DNA of 45,173 nucleotides. Source: Actinomycetota bacterium. GTDB taxonomy: Bacteria > Actinomycetota > Acidimicrobiia > Acidimicrobiales > Ilumatobacteraceae. Where the stretch lies: positions 1 through 45,173 of the forward strand of contig JBEGVD010000021.1 of NCBI GenBank assembly GCA_041178585.1, given 5' to 3'. Made by a program: the position numbers and the translations under genes. Under the pieces are notes generated by a model, which was given only the letters and a program-made list of their open reading frames with translations, made no database searches and had not been told where the DNA came from. Every line of letters starts with the position of its first letter. Position 1 is the stretch's first letter. Below are positions 36,359 through 45,166 of the stretch, one piece after another.

Positions 36359-37135
36359 TTGTATCTAGACAAAATCGTTCAAAGCCACCGCGAAGTTGCT
36401 TCGCGTGACCAGCGGAATTTGGATGATCTTGTTGGCCAGGCCCGTGCACTTTCCTCGACCAGAGGTTTCGGTGAGCAACTTGTTCAAGGTTCTCGTGAGA
36501 ATCTGTGTGTCATTGCAGAGATCAAGCGAAAGTCACCGTCCAAGGGTGTGCTTCACGCAAATCTGGACGCTGCGCGTATCGCATCGTTATACGAACAAGG
36601 TGGAGCATCGTGTTTGTCGGTGTTAACCGATGAGCATTTCTTTGGTGGTTCGGTAGAAGATCTTCAAATTGCTCGTGCAAGTACGTCGCTTCCAGTTATT
36701 CGTAAAGACTTCACAGTTTCAGAATTTGATGTGGTTGATGCCCGTCTTATGGGTGCCGATTGTGTTTTGCTGATTGCTGCAGCGCTAACTGATGACGAGT
36801 TTTCACGCTTTCATAATCTTGCGGTTCATATTGGCTTGGAAGTGCTCGTAGAAACACACGATGAACACGAGCTTGAACGTGCTTTAAACATTGGCGCAAC
36901 CATCGTGGGAGTAAATCAACGCGATCTCATCACATTTGAAGTCGACCACGCACGCGCAGAACGAATGGCGTCGCTTATTCCTCCAACAGTGGTTCGAGTC
37001 GCAGAATCTGGTGTGAGGAACGCAGACGATGCTCGTCGATTACGTGATGTTGGATACGACGCGGTGTTGGTGGGTGAGTCAATTGTTACCTCGAGTGATC
37101 CAGTTGCAGCAGTTCGTGATTTGATGGTGGCATAA
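36359..37135 (+). CDS. trpC: indole-3-glycerol phosphate synthase
   Basis: IAEIKRKSPSKG, LSVLTDEHFFGG and VGVNQRDL. TTG start 3 nt after the upstream stop. Confidence 0.9.
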   Translation: MYLDKIVQSHREVASRDQRNLDDLVGQARALSSTRGFGEQLVQGSRENLCVIAEIKRKSPSKGVLHANLDAARIASLYEQGGASCLSVLTDEHFFGGSVEDLQIARASTSLPVIRKDFTVSEFDVVDARLMGADCVLLIAAALTDDEFSRFHNLAVHIGLEVLVETHDEHELERALNIGATIVGVNQRDLITFEVDHARAERMASLIPPTVVRVAESGVRNADDARRLRDVGYDAVLVGESIVTSSDPVAAVRDLMVA

Positions 37136-37137
37136 CC

Positions 37138-37746
37138 ATGTTCATCAAGATTTGCGGAATAACGAATGAGCAAGATGCTTTGCTCGCCGTGGCTCTGGGG
37201 GCCGATGCTTTGGGTTTCGTCTTTGCACCAAGCCCACGACAGATTTCTCCAGCGCTTGCCCGCGAAATCGTGAAACGTCTGCCGCCGGAAACGGTTACGG
37301 TTGGAGTTTTCCGAAACGAAATACCCGCCCGCATAATCGAGATTGTGAATGAAGCGCGCTTGCAAGGCGCCCAATTACATGGTCACGAAACTCCAGCGAT
37401 GACTGCAGAAGTTGCAACCGACATTCGATTCGTTATCAAAGCGGTTGTAGCGGGTTCACCAGATGCAGCACATGCGAACAACTTTGCATCTGATGCAATT
37501 TTGGTCGACGGATTGCACCCAGGTTCTGGCACTGCTTACGACTGGGAGTTGTTGCAGGACATACCCACAGACATTCGTCTGATGCTTTCTGGTGGTTTGA
37601 CCCCAGAAAATGTTGCAGCAGGAATCGCGCAAGTTCGACCATGGGGAGTGGACGTCAGCAGTGGCGTGGAGAAAGCTCCTGGTCTGAAGGACGCGGTAAA
37701 GATGCGTCACTTCATAACAAATGCTCGAGATGCGGTGCTCGGCTAG
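37138..37746 (+). CDS. trpF: phosphoribosylanthranilate isomerase (stand-alone)
   Basis: [35 protein letters not shown] and GVDVSSGVE. Confidence 0.85.
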   Translation: MFIKICGITNEQDALLAVALGADALGFVFAPSPRQISPALAREIVKRLPPETVTVGVFRNEIPARIIEIVNEARLQGAQLHGHETPAMTAEVATDIRFVIKAVVAGSPDAAHANNFASDAILVDGLHPGSGTAYDWELLQDIPTDIRLMLSGGLTPENVAAGIAQVRPWGVDVSSGVEKAPGLKDAVKMRHFITNARDAVLG

Positions 37747-37780
37747 GCCGACCCGTCAACATCGCAAGTACATTAGAAGC

Positions 37781-38932
37781 ATGTTGACAACGCCTGGTGC
37801 TGATGGTCGTTTTGGCGAATTTGGTGGGCGCTTCGTGCCTGAAACCCTTGTTCCTGCCTGCCAAGAACTTGAAGCTGCGTTTCATGATGCGTGGAATGAC
37901 ACGGTGTTTCGTACCGAGCTCAACGATCTATTACGTGATTACGCAGGTCGGCCGTCGATACTGACGGAGTGCCACAACCTGGGTCGCAAACTGGGAATTC
38001 GTTTGATCTTGAAACGTGAAGATCTGAATCACACTGGTTCGCACAAGATCAACAGTGTGCTTGGTCAGGCGCTTTTGGCGAAGCGGATGGGTAAGAAGCG
38101 CATTGTTGCCGAAACAGGCGCTGGGCAGCACGGTGTGGCATCTGCGACTGCAGCAGCCCTGCTTGGCCTTGGTTGCAAGGTGTACATGGGTGAAGTGGAC
38201 GTTGAGCGTCAGGCTTTGAACGTTTTCAGAATGCGTTTGCTTGGTGCAGAAGTTATTCCAGCTAAGTCGGGTAGTCGCACGTTGAAAGATGCAGTTAACG
38301 AAGCGATGCGAGACTGGGTGGCAACTGTTGAACACACCTATTACGCAATTGGTTCGGTGATGGGTCCGCATCCGTATCCGTTCATGGTTCGCCAGTTTCA
38401 AAGCGTGATCGGAACAGAGGCACGAGCACAGTGTCGCGAATTACTTGGAACTGATCCTGATTTCGTGACTGCTTGCGTTGGTGGTGGTTCGAATGCAATT
38501 GGAATCTTTTCAGGTTTCGTAGATACACATGCGCGTTTAATCGGTGTCGAACCTGCAGGTGGAGCAGCAGTTGGGCGCGGTGTGCCAGGAGTTGTGCACG
38601 GTATGCGCAGCTATCTGATGCAAGATGAATATGGCCAAGTGCAAGAAGCACAATCAATTAGTGCTGGACTCGATTACCCAGGTGTTGGACCAGAACACTC
38701 GTACCTCGCGTCTATCGGTCGCGCAGAATATCCAAGCGTGACCGATGCTGAAGTGATCGAAGGCTTCCAATTACTAGCGAAAACTGAAGGAATCATTCCG
38801 GCACTTGAATGTGCGCACGTGGTTGCATGGATTGCACGTGAAGCGCCAAACATGCAAGGTAAAACAGTGCTTATGAATCTGTCTGGCAGAGGAGACAAAG
38901 ACGTTGCTCAGATGATGGACATTTTGGGCTAA
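37781..38932 (+). CDS. trpB: tryptophan synthase beta chain
   Basis: [15 protein letters not shown], the PLP lysine motif HTGSHKIN, and [11 protein letters not shown] at 37781. Confidence 0.95.
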   Translation: MLTTPGADGRFGEFGGRFVPETLVPACQELEAAFHDAWNDTVFRTELNDLLRDYAGRPSILTECHNLGRKLGIRLILKREDLNHTGSHKINSVLGQALLAKRMGKKRIVAETGAGQHGVASATAAALLGLGCKVYMGEVDVERQALNVFRMRLLGAEVIPAKSGSRTLKDAVNEAMRDWVATVEHTYYAIGSVMGPHPYPFMVRQFQSVIGTEARAQCRELLGTDPDFVTACVGGGSNAIGIFSGFVDTHARLIGVEPAGGAAVGRGVPGVVHGMRSYLMQDEYGQVQEAQSISAGLDYPGVGPEHSYLASIGRAEYPSVTDAEVIEGFQLLAKTEGIIPALECAHVVAWIAREAPNMQGKTVLMNLSGRGDKDVAQMMDILG

Positions 38933-38935
38933 CGC

Positions 38936-39733
38936 ATGACTGTTCTACATACAGGGAAAATGGAGAGCCATCTTCGGGCGCGACGTGATGCAGGTCGAAA
39001 GCTGCTCGTTCCCTACATCACCGGTGGGTATCTCGGTTGGACTGATGCGGTTCGAGCTGCTGCTGCCAATGGTGCAGATGCAATTGAGATCGGTATTCCA
39101 TTTTCAGATCCCGTGATGGATGGCCCGATGATCCAGCTTGCTTCCGAGCAAGCACTTGAGCGTGGCGCAACTCCCCTGTCCATTCTTCAGGAATTGCGAA
39201 ACATCGATATTGACGTACCTCTTGCAGTGATGTGTTACTACAACACCGTGCATTCGGCTGGCAACGAGCGTTTCTCGCATTCATTGGCTGAGGCTGGAGT
39301 CTGCGCAGCGATCGTGCCAGATCTTCCACTTGAGGAAGCAACAGATTGGTGCATTGCAGCTGATAGCGCAGGTATTGAAACGGTCATGCTTGCTGCGCCA
39401 ACCGCACCAGAAGAGCGCTTGCCACGAATTCTGCAAAGGTGTAATGGTTTTGTTTATGCGGTCGGTTTGCTTGGTGTAACCGGAGAGCGTGACGAATTGG
39501 CCAGTACGGCTACCAAACTTGCAGCTCGCCTAAAAGCATTGACAGACGTTCCAGTACTCATTGGTGTGGGTGTATCGAATGCGGCTCAAGCAGTTGAAGC
39601 TTCAACGGTGGCAGATGGAGTCGTTATGGGCGCATCAGTAATGCGTCGTCTCATCGAACACGATGCAGACGCGGTTGGTGAATATGTAGGGGAAGTTCGT
39701 AAGGCGCTCGATGCTGCAGCCGGTTTGAAGTAA
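38936..39733 (+). CDS. trpA: tryptophan synthase alpha chain
   Basis: GADAIEIGIPFSDPVMDGPMIQ and position after trpB. Confidence 0.9.
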   Translation: MTVLHTGKMESHLRARRDAGRKLLVPYITGGYLGWTDAVRAAAANGADAIEIGIPFSDPVMDGPMIQLASEQALERGATPLSILQELRNIDIDVPLAVMCYYNTVHSAGNERFSHSLAEAGVCAAIVPDLPLEEATDWCIAADSAGIETVMLAAPTAPEERLPRILQRCNGFVYAVGLLGVTGERDELASTATKLAARLKALTDVPVLIGVGVSNAAQAVEASTVADGVVMGASVMRRLIEHDADAVGEYVGEVRKALDAAAGLK

Positions 39734-39742
39734 GTTCTTTCC

Positions 39743-40195
39743 ATGTTGAAAGAAGGATCTGTAGCTCCGGCTATTGAATTACTCGATCAGTACGGCAAGA
39801 AGCTTTCGTTGAAGAAGTATGCAAAACGCAAGGTTCTTGTCTACTTCTATCCCAAAGCCGACACGCCTGGTTGTACACAACAGTCCTGCGGGCTACGTGA
39901 CATTGCCAGTCAGATCGGTCGGACGGCAATCATCGGAATTAGCCCAGATTTGCCAGCGAAGCAATTGAAGTTTGATGAGAAATATGAATTGGGATTTCCG
40001 CTTTTGTCAGACGCTGATAACAAAGTTGCTAAGGCATACAAAGTGTGGAAGAAGAAATCTATGTATGGGCGTGAGTACATGGGTATTGAGCGCTCGGCCT
40101 TTCTCATTGGCGCAGACGGCTCCATTGTGAAGGCGTGGTACAAGATCTCACCGAAAGACACTCCAGCAAAACTGTTAGAAGCTCTGGGGAAGTAA
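39743..40195 (+). CDS. bcp: thioredoxin-dependent peroxiredoxin Bcp
   Basis: FYPKADTPGCTQQ peroxidatic Cys motif; about 150 aa. Confidence 0.9.
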   Translation: MLKEGSVAPAIELLDQYGKKLSLKKYAKRKVLVYFYPKADTPGCTQQSCGLRDIASQIGRTAIIGISPDLPAKQLKFDEKYELGFPLLSDADNKVAKAYKVWKKKSMYGREYMGIERSAFLIGADGSIVKAWYKISPKDTPAKLLEALGK

Positions 40196-40620
40196 TGACA
40201 TTTCCAAATCCGACTGATCTCATTGCTCATCGGGACCCGTTCATCTTTGTTGATGAAATTACCGAGTTGACACCTGGCGTTTCGGCCTCAACTATTTGGA
40301 AGTTGTCGGGCGACGAGTGGTTCTTTGCGGGTCACTTCCCGGGTCGTCCAACGTTGCCGGGTGTGTTGATGTGTGAAGCCATTGCACAAACTGGAGCTCT
40401 TGCGATTGTGAGTGACCCAAAGTTTGCGGGCAAGTTGCCGCTCTTCGGAGGTCTCGATGGAGCCCGCTTTAGACGGCAAGTACTTCCAGGAGACACGCTT
40501 GAGATCTCTGCGAGCATTGGTCGCATGTCTGCACGTGCTGGTAAAGGCACCGGAATTGCAAAAGTGAACGGCGAAATTGCTTGCGAGTGTGAATTGCTTT
40601 TCGTCGTTGTTGACGCGTGA
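40195..40620 (+). CDS. fabZ: 3-hydroxyacyl-ACP dehydratase FabZ
   Basis: HRDPFIFVDEI and the catalytic HFPGRPTLPGVLMCEAIAQ. The ATG at 40195 overlaps the bcp TAA (TAATG). Confidence 0.85.
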   Translation: MTFPNPTDLIAHRDPFIFVDEITELTPGVSASTIWKLSGDEWFFAGHFPGRPTLPGVLMCEAIAQTGALAIVSDPKFAGKLPLFGGLDGARFRRQVLPGDTLEISASIGRMSARAGKGTGIAKVNGEIACECELLFVVVDA

Positions 40621-40621
40621 A

Positions 40622-41806
40622 CTATTTGTAAGGCGAAATAATCACGGAGCCGTTATGGCCACCGAAACCAAAGTTGTTAGAAATGGTTGGTCCTGGTTCC
40701 CATGGTCGGGCCGAGCCAATGACAACGTCAATGTTCATGTCTTCGCTAATCAGTTGAGTTCCTGCTGTTGGCGGGATCAACTTCTTTTCCATGCTGAGCA
40801 GTACTGCAGCAGCCTCTAACGCTCCGGCAGCTCCTAGCGGGTGACCAGTAACGCCCTTAATTGACACAACGGGAACGGTATTTTTTCCAAAGACAGTTTC
40901 GATCGCTTGCGATTCAGCGGCGTCATTCAGTGGAGTGCTAGTGCCGTGCGCATTGATTTGTTTGATGTCGCTCGGTTGCAACCCTGCGTCGTCAAGCGCT
41001 AACTGCATGCAGCGCGATGCGCCTACGCCGCCAGGTGATGGCGCAGTGATGTGGTGGGCATCGGCATTACTTGCCGCGCCAACAATTTCGGCGATGATGG
41101 TGGCGCCGCGTGCAACTGCGAGATCCATGCGTTCAAGCACAAACACTGCGGCACCTTCGCCCATGATGAAGCCATCGCGCGTTGCGTCAAACGGTTTGCT
41201 CACCAAGGTGCTGGATAGTGCGGTCATGTTGCTAAACCCTGCGAGTGCAGTGATTGTGGCAGCGCTTTCAGCTCCGCCAGTAACAACTGCGTCGCATCGG
41301 CCCCAAGCAACAAGTCGTGCTGCATTACCAATGGCGTGTGTAGCTGCCGCGCATGCTGTGCAAATAGTCTCAGCCGGACCTTGGAATCCGTAGCGCATGG
41401 AAATTGCTGCGCCAGAAGCGTTCGACATCATCATGGGTACAAGAAATGGCGAAACACGACGTTCGCCCTTTTCGACTCGAATAATGACATTCTCTTCAAG
41501 TGTGCGTAGACCACCAATGCCCGTTCCGAAAATGGTGCCAATGCGGGAGCGGTCGTAAGGCAATTCGCCAGACTGCGCAATTGCTTCACCTGCAGCCGCA
41601 AGAGCGAATTGTTCGCAGCGGTCGGAACGACGCGCATCTTTTGGATTGTCGAAATAGGGAAGTGGATCCCAATTTTCAATCTCGATGGATTTCGAACCAG
41701 AGAAACCCGGCCCAAGGAGTCCTGTCCAAAAAGCTTCCTTCCCGATACCACACGGAGCAACCACTCCGTAACCAGTTATGGCAACGCGGTGACCAGCTCC
41801 TTGCAT
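40622..41806 (-). CDS. fabF: beta-ketoacyl-ACP synthase II
   Basis: Cys-His-His triad contexts TACAAATHAIG, NAHGTSTPLND and GHPLGAAG. Confidence 0.9.
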   Translation of the reverse strand: MQGAGHRVAITGYGVVAPCGIGKEAFWTGLLGPGFSGSKSIEIENWDPLPYFDNPKDARRSDRCEQFALAAAGEAIAQSGELPYDRSRIGTIFGTGIGGLRTLEENVIIRVEKGERRVSPFLVPMMMSNASGAAISMRYGFQGPAETICTACAAATHAIGNAARLVAWGRCDAVVTGGAESAATITALAGFSNMTALSSTLVSKPFDATRDGFIMGEGAAVFVLERMDLAVARGATIIAEIVGAASNADAHHITAPSPGGVGASRCMQLALDDAGLQPSDIKQINAHGTSTPLNDAAESQAIETVFGKNTVPVVSIKGVTGHPLGAAGALEAAAVLLSMEKKLIPPTAGTQLISEDMNIDVVIGSARPWEPGPTISNNFGFGGHNGSVIISPYK

Positions 41807-41827
41807 AGGTAGCGAGACTTAAGGGGC

Positions 41828-42067
41828 TTACTTGACTTTTGACGTGACGAGCGCGAAGGCTTTACCGACAGTGTCGACACCTTCAAGGTCGGACTCAGGT
41901 ACTTCAATGCCAAACTCTTCTTCAAGCGCCATAACGAGTTCAACCAAGTCAAGGCTGTCTGCATCGAGGTCGTCACCGAAACTTGCCTCTGGGGTGATCT
42001 TCGAAGCATCTACTGACAACACGTCTACCGCACACTTGGTGAAGCGTTCAAACAATTCCTGGCTCAT
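41828..42067 (-). CDS. acpP: acyl carrier protein
   Basis: Phosphopantetheine attachment motif LDADSLDLVELVMALEEEFG; 79 aa. Confidence 0.9.
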   Translation of the reverse strand: MSQELFERFTKCAVDVLSVDASKITPEASFGDDLDADSLDLVELVMALEEEFGIEVPESDLEGVDTVGKAFALVTSKVK

Positions 42068-42073
42068 GTTTTT

Positions 42074-42079
42074 CTCCTT
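42074..42079 (-). promoter_or_regulatory. Shine-Dalgarno AAGGAG, 6 nt upstream of the acpP ATG
   Basis: Minus-strand AAGGAGAAAAACATG read directly. It is one of the few strong SD sites in the window. Confidence 0.6.
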
Positions 42080-42126
42080 GGTTTTCGTTGCGCTCTTACA
42101 GTACTACGCGGCAAAATCAAAAGGGA

Positions 42127-42849
42127 TCAATGGCCCATGCCAAGCCCGCCATCAACGGGAATTACCGCACCCGTGATGTAGGCCGCTGCTGGGCTTGCAA
42201 GAAATGTCACAACTCCTGCAATTTCGTCCACAGTTCCTGTTCGACCGAGTGGTACCGCAGAAGCGATCTCCTCGAGTCGTTTTTCTCCGAGTGCCGCGGT
42301 CATATCGGTATCAATTGGGCCAGGAGCAACCACGTTGACGGTGATTGAGCGCGAACCCAATTCACGCGCCAACGAACGGGCAAGTCCAACTAAGCCTGCC
42401 TTGCTTGCTGAGTAATTTGCTTGCCCAGCAGAGCCCAATAACGCGACAACGCTCGACATCAAGATGATGCGACCGGATCGTGCGCGCAACATGCCTTGCG
42501 TTGCTCGTTTGCATACGCGATACGCGGCAGTGAGATTGGCATCAATAACGGATGCAAAGTCGTCTTCTCCCATGCGTAGAAGAAGTCCGTCACGCGTTAT
42601 TCCAGCATTCGAAACGAGAATTTGCACAGGACCGAATTTCTCTTCGATTGCCTTAAACGCGTTGTCTACGTCTTCGTTGTTTGTTACGTCGCACTTCACC
42701 GCGAAAAACTCGCCAGGTGGAGGAGATGAGTTGTAGGTAACTGCAACGTGATCACCGAGTGCTGCGAAGTGGCGTGCGCAGGCAAGACCGATGCCGCGAG
42801 AGCCGCCAGTTACCAAAACCACTCGTGGTGATGTTGTTTCAGAGGTCAT
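42127..42849 (-). CDS. fabG: 3-oxoacyl-ACP reductase
   Basis: VTGGSRGIG, NAG and YSASKAG. The ATG at 42849 forms an ATGA junction with the fabH stop. Confidence 0.9.
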   Translation of the reverse strand: MTSETTSPRVVLVTGGSRGIGLACARHFAALGDHVAVTYNSSPPPGEFFAVKCDVTNNEDVDNAFKAIEEKFGPVQILVSNAGITRDGLLLRMGEDDFASVIDANLTAAYRVCKRATQGMLRARSGRIILMSSVVALLGSAGQANYSASKAGLVGLARSLARELGSRSITVNVVAPGPIDTDMTAALGEKRLEEIASAVPLGRTGTVDEIAGVVTFLASPAAAYITGAVIPVDGGLGMGH

Positions 42850-43823
42850 GCTCGGAGTCCCTTTCCGTTCCAACGCAACACGGCACTTGCTGCGGTCATT
42901 CCAGCGCCGAATCCAACAACCAAAACCAAATCACCTTCGCGTAATGTGCGTCCGCTCATGGCGCCACCGTTGGCAGCATCAAATAGAGCAAGTGGAATTG
43001 AAGCAGAAGAAGTGTTGCCTGTTTCGTGCAACACCGTGCTGGTGCGATCCATTGGAATTCCAAGGCGCTCGCAAGCTGCACTAATAATCCTGGTATTTGC
43101 TTGGTGGGGGACGATGAGTGCAATGTCGTCAGCGGTAACACCAGCAATATGCATGGACTTTTGTGCGGAGTCAACCATGATGCGCACTGCGCGACGGAAC
43201 ACCTCTTTGCCGTCCATATGAATGTTTCCGCCAATTTCGGCGTAGAGCAACTCTTCGGCTGAGCCATCGGCATCTAAGTCCCAGCCAAGCAATTCCGATT
43301 CACCACTTGTTGCTTCGATAACTGCTGCACCAGAACCATCGGCAAACAAAATTGCTGTATTGCGATCGGTCCAGTCTGTAATGCGCGAAAGAGTGTCGGT
43401 GCCGATGAGCAGAACTTTCTTCGAGCCCATAGCAATAAGACCATGAGCAACAACGAGTCCGTACACAAAACCGGAGCAGGCAGCGTTGATGTCGAACGCC
43501 CCACACTTCAAGCCGAGCAAATTCTGAACTGTCGCTGAAGTTGCAGGAACTTGACGGTCTGGGGTGGTGGTCGACAGCACAAGAGCGTCAATTTGGTCTG
43601 GTGAAACACCAGCCATCTCCATGGCAATTCGCCCGCTCTCTACTGAGAGTTCAGCCGTGCTTCCGCCAATGTGGCGGCGATGAATACCGGTTCGCTCGCG
43701 GATCCATTCGTCGGATGTCTCCATGGTCCTTGACAAATCATCATTCGTCACAACCTTCGAGGGAAGTGCGGTGCCCCAGCCTGTGATGACACCACCGATG
43801 GCGTTCGCGGGAATGGTTGGCAT
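42846..43823 (-). CDS. fabH: beta-ketoacyl-ACP synthase III
   Basis: NAACSGFVYG (Cys), PHQAN (His) and GNTSSASIP (Asn). The ATG at 43823 is preferred over TTG 43853. Confidence 0.9.
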   Translation of the reverse strand: MPTIPANAIGGVITGWGTALPSKVVTNDDLSRTMETSDEWIRERTGIHRRHIGGSTAELSVESGRIAMEMAGVSPDQIDALVLSTTTPDRQVPATSATVQNLLGLKCGAFDINAACSGFVYGLVVAHGLIAMGSKKVLLIGTDTLSRITDWTDRNTAILFADGSGAAVIEATSGESELLGWDLDADGSAEELLYAEIGGNIHMDGKEVFRRAVRIMVDSAQKSMHIAGVTADDIALIVPHQANTRIISAACERLGIPMDRTSTVLHETGNTSSASIPLALFDAANGGAMSGRTLREGDLVLVVGFGAGMTAASAVLRWNGKGLRA

Positions 43824-43834
43824 GCAAGTAAACC

Positions 43835-45022
43835 TTAGTGAGTTCGCAACCAAGCGATTGGTTGATGCGCAGTCACGCGTTCTCCGTCAACCGCAATGAA
43901 GTTTTGCAACACACCAGAGAATGGGGAGCGAACTTCGGTTTCCGCAACATGACCGATGATCTGTCCAACTTCGATTCGTGATTTATTTGTTACAGATGAG
44001 ACTTTTTGAAACAAACCAGCGGCTGGAGAGACCACCATGCGTTCAACTGCAAAGAGATGTTCGCCTTCATGCACAGAACCAGGTGGCAATGTGGCAGTTG
44101 GCTGAAGCGCGTCAATCCATTCGATTAATTTGTCAAGATCATCGGGCGTGGCGACGCTGATTGATTTTGATCCCTCGATGGTCCGCTTGGCCATTCCGGT
44201 GAGAACTCCACCTGGACCAAGTTCAATAAATCCGACGATGCCAGCCTCCGCCATGGTGAGCAAGCAATGTTTCCAGCGCACTGGCGATGAAAGCTGCGCT
44301 GACAACAAGGTTGACCATTCTTCGCCGCTGTCGTGCGCACGTGCATCAACATTGCTGATAACCGGTACGTCAATGTTGCGCGGTTTGGCAAGCGCAATTG
44401 CCTCGCGCAGCCGTTCACGCGCGCTTGTCATGTACGGGGTGTGGAATGCACCTGAAACGGGAAGTGCCATCACGCGCTTTGCTCCGAGCGCCTTTGCTTG
44501 TTCCGTTGCTTTTGCAACTCCTTCTACGGAACCAGCAATAACGATTTGTCCAGGTGCATTAAAGTTGGCAACCCATACATCGCTGTCGGCAAGTCGGCAA
44601 GCTGTTTCAACTTCATCATCATCGAGACCAAGAACTGCAGCCATCGTTCCGGGCGATTCGTTTCCCGCATCGTGCATCGCATCTGCTCTGGCAACAACAA
44701 GACGAATACCTTCATCGAAACCAAGTGCTCCAGTTGCGGCAAGTGCCGTGTACTCACCGAGGCTGTGTCCCGCGCACAGGCTGGGCTCAATACCCAAACG
44801 CTCAACAGCGTCGAGCACCATCAGCGATGACACAAAAGTGGTCAACTGGGCGTTGCGAGTGTCCTTCAACTCCTCGGCATCGGCTTCTAAGAGGAGACGG
44901 CCAACATCTCGGCCAGAAATATCGGAAGCTTCGGTAACGAGTTCCCAGCTGTCATGGCCAACCCAGGGCTGGCCCATACCAGGGCGTTGTGAACCCTGAC
45001 CCGGAAAGGTGAACGCAAGCAT
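43835..45022 (-). CDS. fabD: ACP S-malonyltransferase with an extra C-terminal domain of about 90 aa, biotinyl/lipoyl-like
   Basis: FPGQGSQ, GHSLGEY and the FabD core of about 305 aa. An in-frame extension follows: RMVVSPAAGLF...IEVGQIIGHVAETEVRSPFSGVLQNFIAVDGERV. The ATG at 45022 is preferred over GTG 45076. Confidence 0.85.
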   Translation of the reverse strand: MLAFTFPGQGSQRPGMGQPWVGHDSWELVTEASDISGRDVGRLLLEADAEELKDTRNAQLTTFVSSLMVLDAVERLGIEPSLCAGHSLGEYTALAATGALGFDEGIRLVVARADAMHDAGNESPGTMAAVLGLDDDEVETACRLADSDVWVANFNAPGQIVIAGSVEGVAKATEQAKALGAKRVMALPVSGAFHTPYMTSARERLREAIALAKPRNIDVPVISNVDARAHDSGEEWSTLLSAQLSSPVRWKHCLLTMAEAGIVGFIELGPGGVLTGMAKRTIEGSKSISVATPDDLDKLIEWIDALQPTATLPPGSVHEGEHLFAVERMVVSPAAGLFQKVSSVTNKSRIEVGQIIGHVAETEVRSPFSGVLQNFIAVDGERVTAHQPIAWLRTH

Positions 45023-45080
45023 GTCGGGGTCAAGCGTAGAACTTCCAAGGGGTCGGTACGCTGTTTCCCACTTCACTCAA

Positions 45081-45166
45081 GCCCGAGTGGCGGAATGGCA
45101 GACGCGACGGACTCAAAATCCGTTATTCGAAAGGGTGTGTGGGTTCAACTCCCACCTCGGGCACCA
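45081..45166 (+). tRNA. tRNA-Leu (anticodon CAA), type II with long variable arm, CCA encoded
   Basis: Folded by hand. Acceptor GCCCGAG/CTCGGGC. Anticodon stem ACGGA/TCCGT with loop CTCAAAA. Long variable arm. T-arm GTGGG-TTCAACT-CCCAC. Discriminator A plus CCA. Confidence 0.9.

Noticed and set aside
44130-44999. 289-aa ORF antisense to fabD. Similar cases: 40935-41393 antisense to fabF, 22733-23179 antisense to menF, 9508-9726 and others.
   Set aside because: These are shadow frames opposite strongly motif-supported genes. Their Ser/Ala/Pro/Arg-rich composition shows no domain signatures.
45023-45076. GTG-initiated 18-aa extension of fabD reaching to within 4 nt of the tRNA-Leu gene
   Set aside because: FabD families begin right at (M)xFxFPGQGSQ, and the extension would leave no promoter space next to the divergent tRNA. 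The ATG at 45022 is preferred, although this cannot be proven from sequence alone.
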